DNA of 39,311 bases from IMG/VR virus record IMGVR_UViG_3300032237_001348, positions 1 through 39,311 of that record; one strand, written 5' to 3'. Made by a program: the position numbers and the translations under genes. Under the pieces are notes generated by a model. It made no database searches, was not told the origin of the DNA, and saw only the letters and a list, made by a program, of their open reading frames with translations. Positions 9,116-17,902 of the stretch are shown piece after piece. The DNA is from a virus (lineage: Duplodnaviria > Caudoviricetes). Within the stretch, counting starts at the first letter, position 1, and each line of letters starts with the position of its first letter.

Positions 9116-11630
9116 TACCAATTGATCCGAGTGTAATATCTCCCTTAGTAGTATTTACCACCCTTCCTTCAGTCTGAGGATTTAAAGGCAAAGAGTATAG
9201 GGCTTTACTTGTAGCAAAATTACCTATAGCTAGTTGTCCTTGAGCTACTGGATGAACGCCATCAGCGGACCAATAGTCAGGATCCCCCAAACCAACGCTT
9301 TGTCCAGCATCGTGAGAAGTTGCGCTAGATCCGTTATGTCCTCGCTTTACAGTTAGTACAGAGCCAGAGATGCTTCTTACTATCATCTTCTCGTAAACGC
9401 TAAGAATATTTCCAGCGCCTGCTCTAACCGTGATGACTGTACCTACAGTAATTGATGTACCCGGACTTGACGTTAGAGTCAATGTAGTCTGAGAACTTGT
9501 CATAGAAGATGCCAGTGTATTCACTGTTGTTGTTGATACCGCTATGGGACCTGTTAATTCTGCCCAATCCCATACTGCCGCGTTAAGATCATTAGCAGTG
9601 TTGTACATCTTGGCTAGAGTTAAATCCCATTGCTCTTTGGTGAGTGACCCTATGGGGTCTCTGTACGGCGGGATCATAAACACAAATGACGGTTGGCTCA
9701 ATCCACCGGCAGAATGACAGGCTTTGATCGTTGCTACCATAATCCGCATACGCGAATCTATCGTCAAATCTGCAACGCCTTGATCGTTTGTGCCAAGTGC
9801 GATAACGTACAGTGACGGTTTAACTAGTCCTTGTCGAACTGCACTCAACCAGCCTGTGTTAGCACTTGACATAGTCGGGGACGTGTAAGGTAACTGTACT
9901 TGGTAGCCAGATGTATGAGAGGCAACTGCTGTCCCGTTCTGTGCTCTCAGTACAGTTACAGTTGATCCGCTGATTCCCGTAACTGTCATCTGCTCATAAG
10001 TCAGATAGCCATAAGCAACGTCGTTTAGTACGAAAAGGGTAGAACCAACTGTAACACCAACGGAAGCCGCATCTGCTACTAGTGAAACTGAAGTCTGGTT
10101 CACGTTAGCCGTCAATGCAGCAGCAAGCGTTGTAATTTGATACTTCTCTGTGTTGTTCCAGTTGCTGTAAGTGGAACCAAAACGAGACGAGTTCCAAACT
10201 CTAACACCTTGCTCTTCTGTCCCGTCGTGTACCCATACGCCGTCAAATGTGGATGCGCCGTTGAAGGAGCCTGATGTGTCAGGGTTACCAGAGAGATTCA
10301 TAGTCAGTTGCTCTACGAGGAGCGTATACGTTCCACGAGAGGGAAACAGGATTTTCTCTACAGCAAGTTCCTGACCACCTGATGCTTGACAATAGGAAGT
10401 GCCACTGTTTCGGAACGTGAAAAATTGTGCTGTTGTTGCTGACACAGTAGCTTGAGAACTGTGTGACGCAGACACAGTACTATTGTAACCACGAGTTACA
10501 CCTAGACCGTAGTCAACGACTGAATCAACTAGCATCTGTTCGTTGTCAATCTGTATCACTGATCCAACCGTAATGCCTACTGTAGTAGCTAGATCAGCGA
10601 GTCCCAGAAACACGTCTCCTGGGGCTATCGTTGCCGAAAGCTTTGTCACCGGGAATACGACAGTTGCGTCTACACTATCTGTCACACTGAAGCGTATACC
10701 GCTTTGTGCAAATGCATTTACGTAGCGAAAAAAGATGTCTACGCTTGTGCCTGTGACCGTGGTTGACACTCTAGAACCACGCGGCATATCCATTGCTCGT
10801 AGACTGAAGCCTCTGGAAATCTTCTCTGTACCCAAAACACAGATACGAGAAACCCCAGCAGTCAATGCTGGAAGTAATGCATTGACTGTCACATAGCCGG
10901 ACGGAGCGTCGATGGAGACAATTGTGTACTGTGTTGCCGAGTTTGAGTCAATGATAAACTTGCCGCCAACAACTAGTTCTGTAGCTGACGTCACATACAA
11001 GTCCTGTCGACCAGAAATCTGGCTCGTTGCTACTGTTGTAGTCGTAGCGGGCGTAAATCGTGGAGTTGTGTACCAGACAGAAACACCATCACCCGTGCCT
11101 GCCGGTACCCAGTAGCCGTAACGACCATTAGTGTTAAACGATGAAGCTAACAGTCTCTGAAAAAGCTGAGGCCATGCTGTACCATTCGTCTGCGAGCCAA
11201 ACCAACCCTCACTTATGGAGTCACCAACTACTACAACATCGGTACTTTTGTTAAGGCTTCCTGAATCCAAACTATAACGAACTGAGTTTAAATTTCTATT
11301 CCAAGTTCTTAACGGTTCTAAGTTATTTCTCTCTATTTCAGATTCAATATATCCTGACTGAAAATCCAAAACTAGAGAACCATTACTACCTACGAGGCCC
11401 GATGAATATGATAGTGATATTTTTCCATTATCTAAGACAACCGGAGTTGCTGCCGTGATGATTGGGGATATACCCTGCGGACCTGTTGGACCTGTTGGGC
11501 CTTGTTGTCCCAAATATGATGTAGCTTTTGTTTTTTTTGTGACACCATTTTGAACAATTGGAATGTATTCATTTCCAGTTAAAGTATCTGCATCAGGGAG
11601 TTGTGAGATAGGTTTTTTATTCATTACCAC
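8898..11630 (-). CDS. Fibre/spike protein with SGNH (GDSL) esterase domain and inserted repeat domains
   Basis: VVGDSISEG, ALGTND and DGVHP catalytic blocks; short collagen stretch GQQGPTGPTGPQG; N-terminal KPISQLP...IPIVQNGVTKK fibre motif; C-terminal TIDG...DNSNW domain. Confidence 0.78.
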   Translation of the reverse strand: MVMNKKPISQLPDADTLTGNEYIPIVQNGVTKKTKATSYLGQQGPTGPTGPQGISPIITAATPVVLDNGKISLSYSSGLVGSNGSLVLDFQSGYIESEIERNNLEPLRTWNRNLNSVRYSLDSGSLNKSTDVVVVGDSISEGWFGSQTNGTAWPQLFQRLLASSFNTNGRYGYWVPAGTGDGVSVWYTTPRFTPATTTTVATSQISGRQDLYVTSATELVVGGKFIIDSNSATQYTIVSIDAPSGYVTVNALLPALTAGVSRICVLGTEKISRGFSLRAMDMPRGSRVSTTVTGTSVDIFFRYVNAFAQSGIRFSVTDSVDATVVFPVTKLSATIAPGDVFLGLADLATTVGITVGSVIQIDNEQMLVDSVVDYGLGVTRGYNSTVSASHSSQATVSATTAQFFTFRNSGTSYCQASGGQELAVEKILFPSRGTYTLLVEQLTMNLSGNPDTSGSFNGASTFDGVWVHDGTEEQGVRVWNSSRFGSTYSNWNNTEKYQITTLAAALTANVNQTSVSLVADAASVGVTVGSTLFVLNDVAYGYLTYEQMTVTGISGSTVTVLRAQNGTAVASHTSGYQVQLPYTSPTMSSANTGWLSAVRQGLVKPSLYVIALGTNDQGVADLTIDSRMRIMVATIKACHSAGGLSQPSFVFMIPPYRDPIGSLTKEQWDLTLAKMYNTANDLNAAVWDWAELTGPIAVSTTTVNTLASSMTSSQTTLTLTSSPGTSITVGTVITVRAGAGNILSVYEKMIVRSISGSVLTVKRGHNGSSATSHDAGQSVGLGDPDYWSADGVHPVAQGQLAIGNFATSKALYSLPLNPQTEGRVVNTTKGDITLGSIGNTDYVYIVTGQHLITLPTAISNTSKYIIKNKHTSNITIQSTSAQTIDGTTTISLAPNESIDLISDNSNWSII

Positions 11631-11938
11631 TCCAGTGCTATGGCTGTATATTCGTCTTGTGTGTAATTTTCCAGAATCAAAACAAAATTATCTTCAGTTT
11701 CTAGTACTGGGGCGAATGCTATAAGGATATAGTCATCTATTATGTGTACATAATAGGGCATACTCGAATAGTATGCTGGATTATAATGCTGGTAAAGGGA
11801 TTCAAAATCTATATCAAGGTTTCCAGTGTATAGATCGGTTAAGCTGACACTAAAAGTATCAGTTTGAACCTCAAGTGTGCTAGTCGGATTTTTAGGTTTA
11901 TTTAATGACTGGTAGTCATCAATAATTCCTATTTTCAT
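11624..11938 (-). CDS. Hypothetical protein
   Basis: Overlap-coupled to both neighbours in the operon; no recognisable motif. Confidence 0.55.
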   Translation of the reverse strand: MKIGIIDDYQSLNKPKNPTSTLEVQTDTFSVSLTDLYTGNLDIDFESLYQHYNPAYYSSMPYYVHIIDDYILIAFAPVLETEDNFVLILENYTQDEYTAIALEW

Positions 11939-12549
11939 ACTTCACCATCAACCGTATTGGTAGCCAAGAACTGTCTGACGTTAAGTATAATTTCCTCAAT
12001 CTTAGCAATCTCTGTTGTCCTTACCTTTTCTGTTACGACTAGGTATGCAACAGACCGCTTGTCTATGTCTTCCGCAAATCGTGACTGCTCATTATCTGGA
12101 GTGCGTCTACTATATAGTATCTCCGATAAGCCAAGGCGTTTAAAAACTGGTGTATGCTCAAGCATAAAATCTTCAAATGCTTCTATTATTTGTTCTGCTG
12201 TTTCTGGATCATTTTGTGTTAAGGCTGAAAATATAATTAAATTCTCAAACCTTTGACCCTGCACTATGTAGTTGACATCGCCATCAGTGATAATCTGCTC
12301 TCTTAATCTCATTTTTGGTTCATTAGCATTGGGCTTCCTTAACTCAAGTGAATAAACCATAACTGGAAACTGAGCATACGTGGCGCTTTGCACCGGCTTA
12401 AATGGAATATCCGGATGTGAATCTTCCCAAAGTTTTCGTACTAGCGCTATAAATTGCAAATATGAAAGATTATCTTCAGCCCTTAGAGGCTCCCTGCGCA
12501 TCTTTAGTGGTGCTTCTAAATTTATTGGAGTGTTAAATTCTAGTCCCAT
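11935..12549 (-). CDS. Probable tail completion/terminator (neck) protein
   Basis: Size and position after the head-tail connectors; pattern GQRFENLIIFSALT...AEQIIEAFEDFM resembles tail terminator alpha/beta folds. Confidence 0.5.
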   Translation of the reverse strand: MGLEFNTPINLEAPLKMRREPLRAEDNLSYLQFIALVRKLWEDSHPDIPFKPVQSATYAQFPVMVYSLELRKPNANEPKMRLREQIITDGDVNYIVQGQRFENLIIFSALTQNDPETAEQIIEAFEDFMLEHTPVFKRLGLSEILYSRRTPDNEQSRFAEDIDKRSVAYLVVTEKVRTTEIAKIEEIILNVRQFLATNTVDGEV

Positions 12550-14219
12550 TATTCACCAGTACCCGATCCAACTTCTACAGTAAAATATATTTCCCTAATG
12601 CTAAAGTAAGGGTGAATAACTAAATCGACATAAACAGTTCGATTTTCATCATTACCCCTATAAATATCTAACCTAAAATCTCTAATAAAGTTTCCAATTT
12701 TTAAACCATTTAAATAATTTATTACAGAAGACCTAAACTGTGCGTATTCAATAGTGCCCAGTCTTCTTCTACCGAGTGAAACTATTTGTTGAGAAATCTT
12801 ATTTATTAATCGAACTGTTGAGATAGACCAAAAAAAGTTATTTGCATCAGGGTTATTATCGGGCCATCCATTAGCTAAAGTATTATCTGTTGCAATATAC
12901 GTTTCGAAAATATTTCCTCGTCTACCTACTGGGGTCAAAGTAGCGACATTCACTCTAGCTTGTGCCAAAGATTTAACTTCATCTTTACTAAATTTATACC
13001 CAACTAGATTAGCGACACGTGGTAACTTCCTATGTATAATCCCCTCATTGAGATTTCTCGTTGCCATCAATGCCGCAGTGACAACTGCTAGAGAACTGGT
13101 AAATGGGGTGTCTATTTGGGGAACATTGAAGACGCCCTCTCCCGCAACTATCATCCCAAATTTGCCTATGTCTTGACCATTCAAGACTTGAGCTTGATTA
13201 GTGTTTGTCTTAAAAAGATCTATGCCATAATGGTATCTTAAGAGTAAAAAAATTAACTTTGTAGAAAAAATATAAGTACCATTTTGAAGACGAGATATCC
13301 TTGGGTCCGATAACAGCTTATCTGCTATGCCGACTGTAGCGTCACCTATGCGTGTTCCTATGATCCCTATAGATATATTTCCGGTTTCGCGATATCTTTG
13401 TAGACAGTTAAAGAGAAGTGGCGTTAAGAAATCAACATCTCCGGAATCAAAAAATGGGGCCTCTAGAGGAACAACTATTTCGGGGAAATCTTCCTCCCTA
13501 AGCATTGTATAGGTCTCATCTAGTCTCTGGGAGTACTTTTGGTAAAATGACAACCCACCAAGATCTGCCCTTTGGGCTTTTCTTTCATCTGGACTAGTAT
13601 GGGTAAATGGTATATATTCAAACATTGGGGCAGAGGCAACTAGCCAGATATCCCTAGCGCCAGCGTTATACGCTTCGAATAGCCCCCTTAAAAGAGGACT
13701 TTCAGCATCAGCGCCTAACATGTTAATAGTTTCTTGCATGTTTATTACGCGATGTGGCACGTTCAACTCTAGGCCATCGGCATGCCCGATGAGACAAATT
13801 CTATCCGTTGCCCCAAAATTCATATCATTATATGATGGTTTTTCTATTATTTTACCAGCTAAAGTTGGAGGATCAACTATTCTATTTACCGAATAAGCTT
13901 CTTCCATAACCTGGAATGTTTCATAATACGTATTAGTCACCCCGCCAATTACGTATTGCCATTTCGCCGAATATAAACCTGGAACAACAAATGATTCGAT
14001 GAATTGAGTAAATACGTAAACTCCTGTACCAGTTTTAGTAAAACCGCTACCAAGAGATGTTGATGTTGCACCAGAACCGTAAACATAGGGACCATATAAA
14101 ACTGAATTTAAATTCTTAACAATAGAAAAAGTAATAGATGTTGGATCTATGTATTGATTATTTGTATTCAAAAATACTTTATTAAATTTTATTTTATTTC
14201 CGTATATTACTGTTTGCAC
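12549..14219 (-). CDS. Second tail sheath-like protein with N-terminal Ig-like domain
   Basis: C-terminal DNTLA...SISTVRLINKI...VYVDLVIHPYFSIREIYFTVEV is a sheath C-domain. SPLLRGLFEAYNAGARDIWLV parallels SDLHRGYIEAQRGGASFITLI in the main sheath. N-terminal DPTSITFSI...GTGVY...PGLYSAKW is Ig-like. Confidence 0.75.
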   Translation of the reverse strand: MQTVIYGNKIKFNKVFLNTNNQYIDPTSITFSIVKNLNSVLYGPYVYGSGATSTSLGSGFTKTGTGVYVFTQFIESFVVPGLYSAKWQYVIGGVTNTYYETFQVMEEAYSVNRIVDPPTLAGKIIEKPSYNDMNFGATDRICLIGHADGLELNVPHRVINMQETINMLGADAESPLLRGLFEAYNAGARDIWLVASAPMFEYIPFTHTSPDERKAQRADLGGLSFYQKYSQRLDETYTMLREEDFPEIVVPLEAPFFDSGDVDFLTPLLFNCLQRYRETGNISIGIIGTRIGDATVGIADKLLSDPRISRLQNGTYIFSTKLIFLLLRYHYGIDLFKTNTNQAQVLNGQDIGKFGMIVAGEGVFNVPQIDTPFTSSLAVVTAALMATRNLNEGIIHRKLPRVANLVGYKFSKDEVKSLAQARVNVATLTPVGRRGNIFETYIATDNTLANGWPDNNPDANNFFWSISTVRLINKISQQIVSLGRRRLGTIEYAQFRSSVINYLNGLKIGNFIRDFRLDIYRGNDENRTVYVDLVIHPYFSIREIYFTVEVGSGTGE

Positions 14220-14602
14220 TATAGTGGGCTTTCTTTAGTGGCACCGACTGTCCAGAATGATATTTTACCACCTTCACCACGCATTGGTATTACACTCTCT
14301 ACAATATAAGTAACTATATTATTTGGGTAAGATTCTATATTTTCATAAATCCTATCCCCAGGAAGAGGTTTTGAGTCGGTCCTCATATAGTATTTCATGC
14401 TTAAGTCAAATACTATACCTTCCATCTGCTCTTGTTTTGAGTTAGTTAAGCTAGAAGCCGATACATGGCGTACGGTATGTCTTTCGAACGTATTATCGTA
14501 CCTTAATTTTTCCCCATTGAAATGCTCAATGACTCTTTGGAGGTATATATTATGCCCCCATTTTTTTAAGATTGAATCAAAATCTTTATTTATACTATTC
14601 AT
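14219..14602 (-). CDS. Probable head closure/stopper protein
   Basis: 127 aa following the adaptor. FDSILKKWGHNIYLQR...KPLPGDRI...YIVESVIPMRGEGGKISFW is typical of stopper beta-barrels. Confidence 0.55.
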   Translation of the reverse strand: MNSINKDFDSILKKWGHNIYLQRVIEHFNGEKLRYDNTFERHTVRHVSASSLTNSKQEQMEGIVFDLSMKYYMRTDSKPLPGDRIYENIESYPNNIVTYIVESVIPMRGEGGKISFWTVGATKESPL

Positions 14603-15951
14603 AATTGGATATCTAAGTTTGCTTGAATACTGCCAGTTCCATATACTGTTGTATCTATAGCGTCAAAGTCTCTAATTTTTCTAATAGGAATTGGATTTTC
14701 ATATTTAGATCCACGCACAACGCTCCTAAAACCACCTCTAGAAGTTGATGACAATAGCTCTGAGCGTAAAATAGAAGCAAGCTCACACCAAGATGTTGCA
14801 GTGCCGCGATTAAGAGTTCCGCTAGATTTGGGCTTATTGACCGTTAGGTCACCAAGGGTAAACGACATACTAAAGCCAGATCCAGTTGCATATATCTTTT
14901 CTAGTGAGCAGGATGTTGCAGCCTTTATATACTCCATTGCGACAAAAGGTATCTCTGTAACGTCTTCTTCTAATCCAAGAAGATTTTTTACCTCTAAAGA
15001 AAAATAGTGGATGTTTTCTGCTATCTCTACATTCCCGGCTTCTGTAAATATAGCTGATATTTCGTCTATATCTATATACATAGGATTCAAAACGCCGCAA
15101 TATAGCAGTTCTATATCGGATAGCATAGTGCATTGACTTGGTGTAGCTGCATTACTTAAGCCAACTAAAGATTTCGAAATAAGAATCCTATACTTATAAT
15201 TTTCTGCAAAGTAACTATAACTAGGTGTGTTGTATACTGAAGAAGTAGATGGAGTTGCTGCTAAAGGATAATGATCTATAGATGGTAAATCAACATTCAC
15301 CACAGAATGAGAGGAACCAAAAGAGATGCGCGCATCTACATCTACCCATCTTGTTGGAGCTTTTTTAATTTCTCTTTTTTGAACTTTTATATATGGAGAG
15401 GAAATGTAAGTGTTTGATACATTCATATTAAATGTTAATGAGATTCTTCCATTATTTTCATTCTCAAACAAATAATAAGAATTATCTTCGGGATACTGAG
15501 AGACTAAAGATAGAGCCGTTGAGCTAGATTGATTACCAACTGGGATATCAAATATATTGTCAGAAATTGCATAATCAACTATAACTGGTTCTGGAAATAC
15601 TAAATCACTTGTTTCGCTTGCTCCGGGGTCAATTACCTCAGTGGCGAAAGAAAAACCAGCATTTATGTATTCATTATCTAATACGTCAGTAAGGCCGGAA
15701 GTCGTAAAAGTGTAAGGTGAGTTAGATTGCAAAACGCCATCAGAGAAATACAAATACAGTATTCTAGAAATAGAATTATAATCTCTACCTAAACTTATAG
15801 TTTTAAAGGGATTAGAAATAGTAGATGGTGTGGCACTAGTTTTGTTTAAAAGAAAATTCCCGTTAACTATTGTCGAGACTTTCACTGTAACGCCAAATTT
15901 AATTTTTACGTAGATATCAGTAACAGTATACTCTTCAATTAAATCGGCCAC
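14599..15951 (-). CDS. Head-tail adaptor with N-terminal Ig-like domains
   Basis: First gene after the MCP. Two beta-rich N-terminal domains, then helical MYIDIDEI...YIKAATSCSL...SFTLGDLTV adaptor-like region. GTG start with GAGGAG. Confidence 0.6.
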   Translation of the reverse strand: MADLIEEYTVTDIYVKIKFGVTVKVSTIVNGNFLLNKTSATPSTISNPFKTISLGRDYNSISRILYLYFSDGVLQSNSPYTFTTSGLTDVLDNEYINAGFSFATEVIDPGASETSDLVFPEPVIVDYAISDNIFDIPVGNQSSSTALSLVSQYPEDNSYYLFENENNGRISLTFNMNVSNTYISSPYIKVQKREIKKAPTRWVDVDARISFGSSHSVVNVDLPSIDHYPLAATPSTSSVYNTPSYSYFAENYKYRILISKSLVGLSNAATPSQCTMLSDIELLYCGVLNPMYIDIDEISAIFTEAGNVEIAENIHYFSLEVKNLLGLEEDVTEIPFVAMEYIKAATSCSLEKIYATGSGFSMSFTLGDLTVNKPKSSGTLNRGTATSWCELASILRSELLSSTSRGGFRSVVRGSKYENPIPIRKIRDFDAIDTTVYGTGSIQANLDIQL

Positions 15952-15978
15952 TTCTATCTCCTCACTATAGCCTATGCC

Positions 15979-15988
15979 TATATAGTAA
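15979..15988 (-). promoter_or_regulatory. Putative late promoter motif TTACTATATA
   Basis: Abuts the 3' arm of the post-MCP hairpin; about 28 nt upstream of the start at 15951. Confidence 0.55.
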
Positions 15989-16020
15989 ACAAGGGACAGG
16001 CATAAAGCCCATCCCTTGCT
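15986..16020 (-). terminator. Terminator-like hairpin after the MCP gene
   Basis: Minus strand AGCAAGGGATGGGC-TTTAT-GCCTGTCCCTTGTT: 14-bp stem with G-U pairs and only a short U tail. Confidence 0.72.
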
Positions 16021-16045
16021 AAACTACTTAGATTGTTACCTAGGA

Positions 16046-17101
16046 TCAGGAAACAGTCTTTGTAAGCTCTACGTCGTAAGCCCTTGCTAGCCTGACATTC
16101 TTAGCGACGGTAATACCTTCGCCGTCACCCATCATAACGATGTCATAACGCTCTTTCATCTTAAGAGACTGAATGTCGCGTGCCGGATCATTCCAGCCAT
16201 CGGTTGTCATGTCATCCTTGACAAGAAGGACACCGATCTCATTGCGATCAATGAGGAAGACATCCGACTTGGCAGCGGTTGCGCCACTCTTAGCGGTAAA
16301 GTTTACGAAAGGCGACACAAGGACATTAAGGCCAAGTGGGGCAGTAGCGTTAGCTACCTGTTCCCTTGAGTTGGCTGGCATGCCCCATGCTGGCCATTCC
16401 TGGCCACCCATGCGGAATTCGTAGTTGCGGGCAAAAATGCTCCACATTAATGGATGAAGGATGAAATCAGTTGGTACGTGATTCTCAGCCATGAGTACAG
16501 CAGCCATTTCGATAACATCATCCCATGTAATCGTTTGATTCGCAGCACCAGTGGCGCCAAGACCAGTGGTATTGCCAATTACGTCAGGTGAATCATCATT
16601 ATCAAAAACTACTGTTGCAGCACCAGCAAATCTTGAAAGAGCAATCTGCTCCTTAAGACGAGCCATTGCACGACCAGCGGCACGAACGTGAAGACCAACA
16701 ATGTCCCAAAGGCTATCTGCGATAACTTCTTCGGTGAATGCAACCTTCACACCCTTTTTGCTGACCTTACCCTCGATTTGCTTTGCGAATGCAAGAGCTT
16801 GCTCTGGGTATTCCTGACCTTCGGGAATTTCATCGGCCTGAATTGCGTTAACTGCGGGGAACTCAAGTGAGCGACCCTTCCCAAGACGCACAACCGAAAG
16901 AAGTGGTGTAACCAGTAACTGTGGTTCTGCCGCTTCCTTTAGAGTGCGAGAAATAACTTTGGGGAAAAGGATAGGGGCATCGGGTGAAGCGAAAGCTTCC
17001 TTTACGGTAACTCTACGATCATCGTCGATGAAACCATCCTCAGTTAGTACAGATTCCCAGGCGTCATAATTCGCGAGGAGTTCTTCAATTGGTTTTGCCA
17101 T
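16046..17101 (-). CDS. Major capsid protein (HK97 fold)
   Basis: EIPEGQEYPE...KKGVKVAFTEEVIADSLWDIV...AGRAMARLKEQ...FILHPLMW...LKMKERYD. AGGAGG RBS; downstream hairpin; follows the protease and decoration genes. Confidence 0.92.
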   Translation of the reverse strand: MAKPIEELLANYDAWESVLTEDGFIDDDRRVTVKEAFASPDAPILFPKVISRTLKEAAEPQLLVTPLLSVVRLGKGRSLEFPAVNAIQADEIPEGQEYPEQALAFAKQIEGKVSKKGVKVAFTEEVIADSLWDIVGLHVRAAGRAMARLKEQIALSRFAGAATVVFDNDDSPDVIGNTTGLGATGAANQTITWDDVIEMAAVLMAENHVPTDFILHPLMWSIFARNYEFRMGGQEWPAWGMPANSREQVANATAPLGLNVLVSPFVNFTAKSGATAAKSDVFLIDRNEIGVLLVKDDMTTDGWNDPARDIQSLKMKERYDIVMMGDGEGITVAKNVRLARAYDVELTKTVS

Positions 17102-17126
17102 CTTAGGATTTTCCTCCTGTGTATTT

Positions 17127-17876
17127 TTATAGAGTAAGTGCTACTCGAACTGCACCGATAACGTTTGCAGTATCAAGGTTGGCACGAATACCAAGCTTGC
17201 CCTTATTAGAGCCAGTTTTAGTTAATTCGTAAACTGTCTTCAGCGCACCAGGATCTGAAGGAAGTTGCATATAGGAGAGGAGACCATCATCGAAGTTGGT
17301 AGCGAAATACTCAACTTCAATTACTGTACCTACAGCTATATAGTGTGCAGATGTTCCCTTAGTAAACTGAACTGGTCTACCTAGAGCATCTGCTCTGACA
17401 ATATCGCCAGGAACAAGGTTGGCGTTAACGCCAGCCACTAATGGCCATTCAACATAGCCACGGGTAATCCAACCGGCACCCTGTGAGGTACCCTTATCGA
17501 ATGGACGATAGAGGTCATACTGAGCGCAGCCGATAGGCATACTATTGGCTGGAACGGTTACGGTTGTTGTATCAGCGGCAGCCGCATTTGGTGTTGCGCC
17601 AGTCTCAAGGTTGATGATGTCGGTATCACTCCAAGTGACGGCAGAACCAGTGCCGTTAGCTGGGACAATGCGGGAATCATCATTGCTATCTTTTACGACA
17701 GAAAGGATGGTGCCCTTAGGAATTACGATTTCGAAGCGATCATCTTCGCTATCGGTATACCAGGTGGGTAGAGCTGGACTAGGAAGAAGGTAGCTAGCTG
17801 GGGCATTACCCTCAGAAACTACGAAACGACCTGAACCAGTTTTACTACCGACCTTACGAAACTTTGCTAAACTCAT
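17127..17876 (-). CDS. Capsid decoration/cement protein
   Basis: Lies between the scaffold and the MCP. EIVIPKGTIL...PIGCAQYD...LVPGDIVRADALG...AVGTVIEV is a beta-tulip-like decoration pattern. Confidence 0.65.
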   Translation of the reverse strand: MSLAKFRKVGSKTGSGRFVVSEGNAPASYLLPSPALPTWYTDSEDDRFEIVIPKGTILSVVKDSNDDSRIVPANGTGSAVTWSDTDIINLETGATPNAAAADTTTVTVPANSMPIGCAQYDLYRPFDKGTSQGAGWITRGYVEWPLVAGVNANLVPGDIVRADALGRPVQFTKGTSAHYIAVGTVIEVEYFATNFDDGLLSYMQLPSDPGALKTVYELTKTGSNKGKLGIRANLDTANVIGAVRVALTL

Positions 17877-17902
17877 TAAAGTTCCCCTTTATGTTAGGTT
17901 TG

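Noticed and set aside
11474-11512. Tandem repeat ggacctgtt/gggccttgt
   Set aside because: Only encodes a four-triplet collagen-like GXY linker, common in phage fibres.
2042-14219. Extracellular contractile injection system or tailocin (multiple tubes and sheaths)
   Set aside because: Portal, terminase, protease, capsid and head-tail connector genes are in the same operon, so this is a head-bearing phage.
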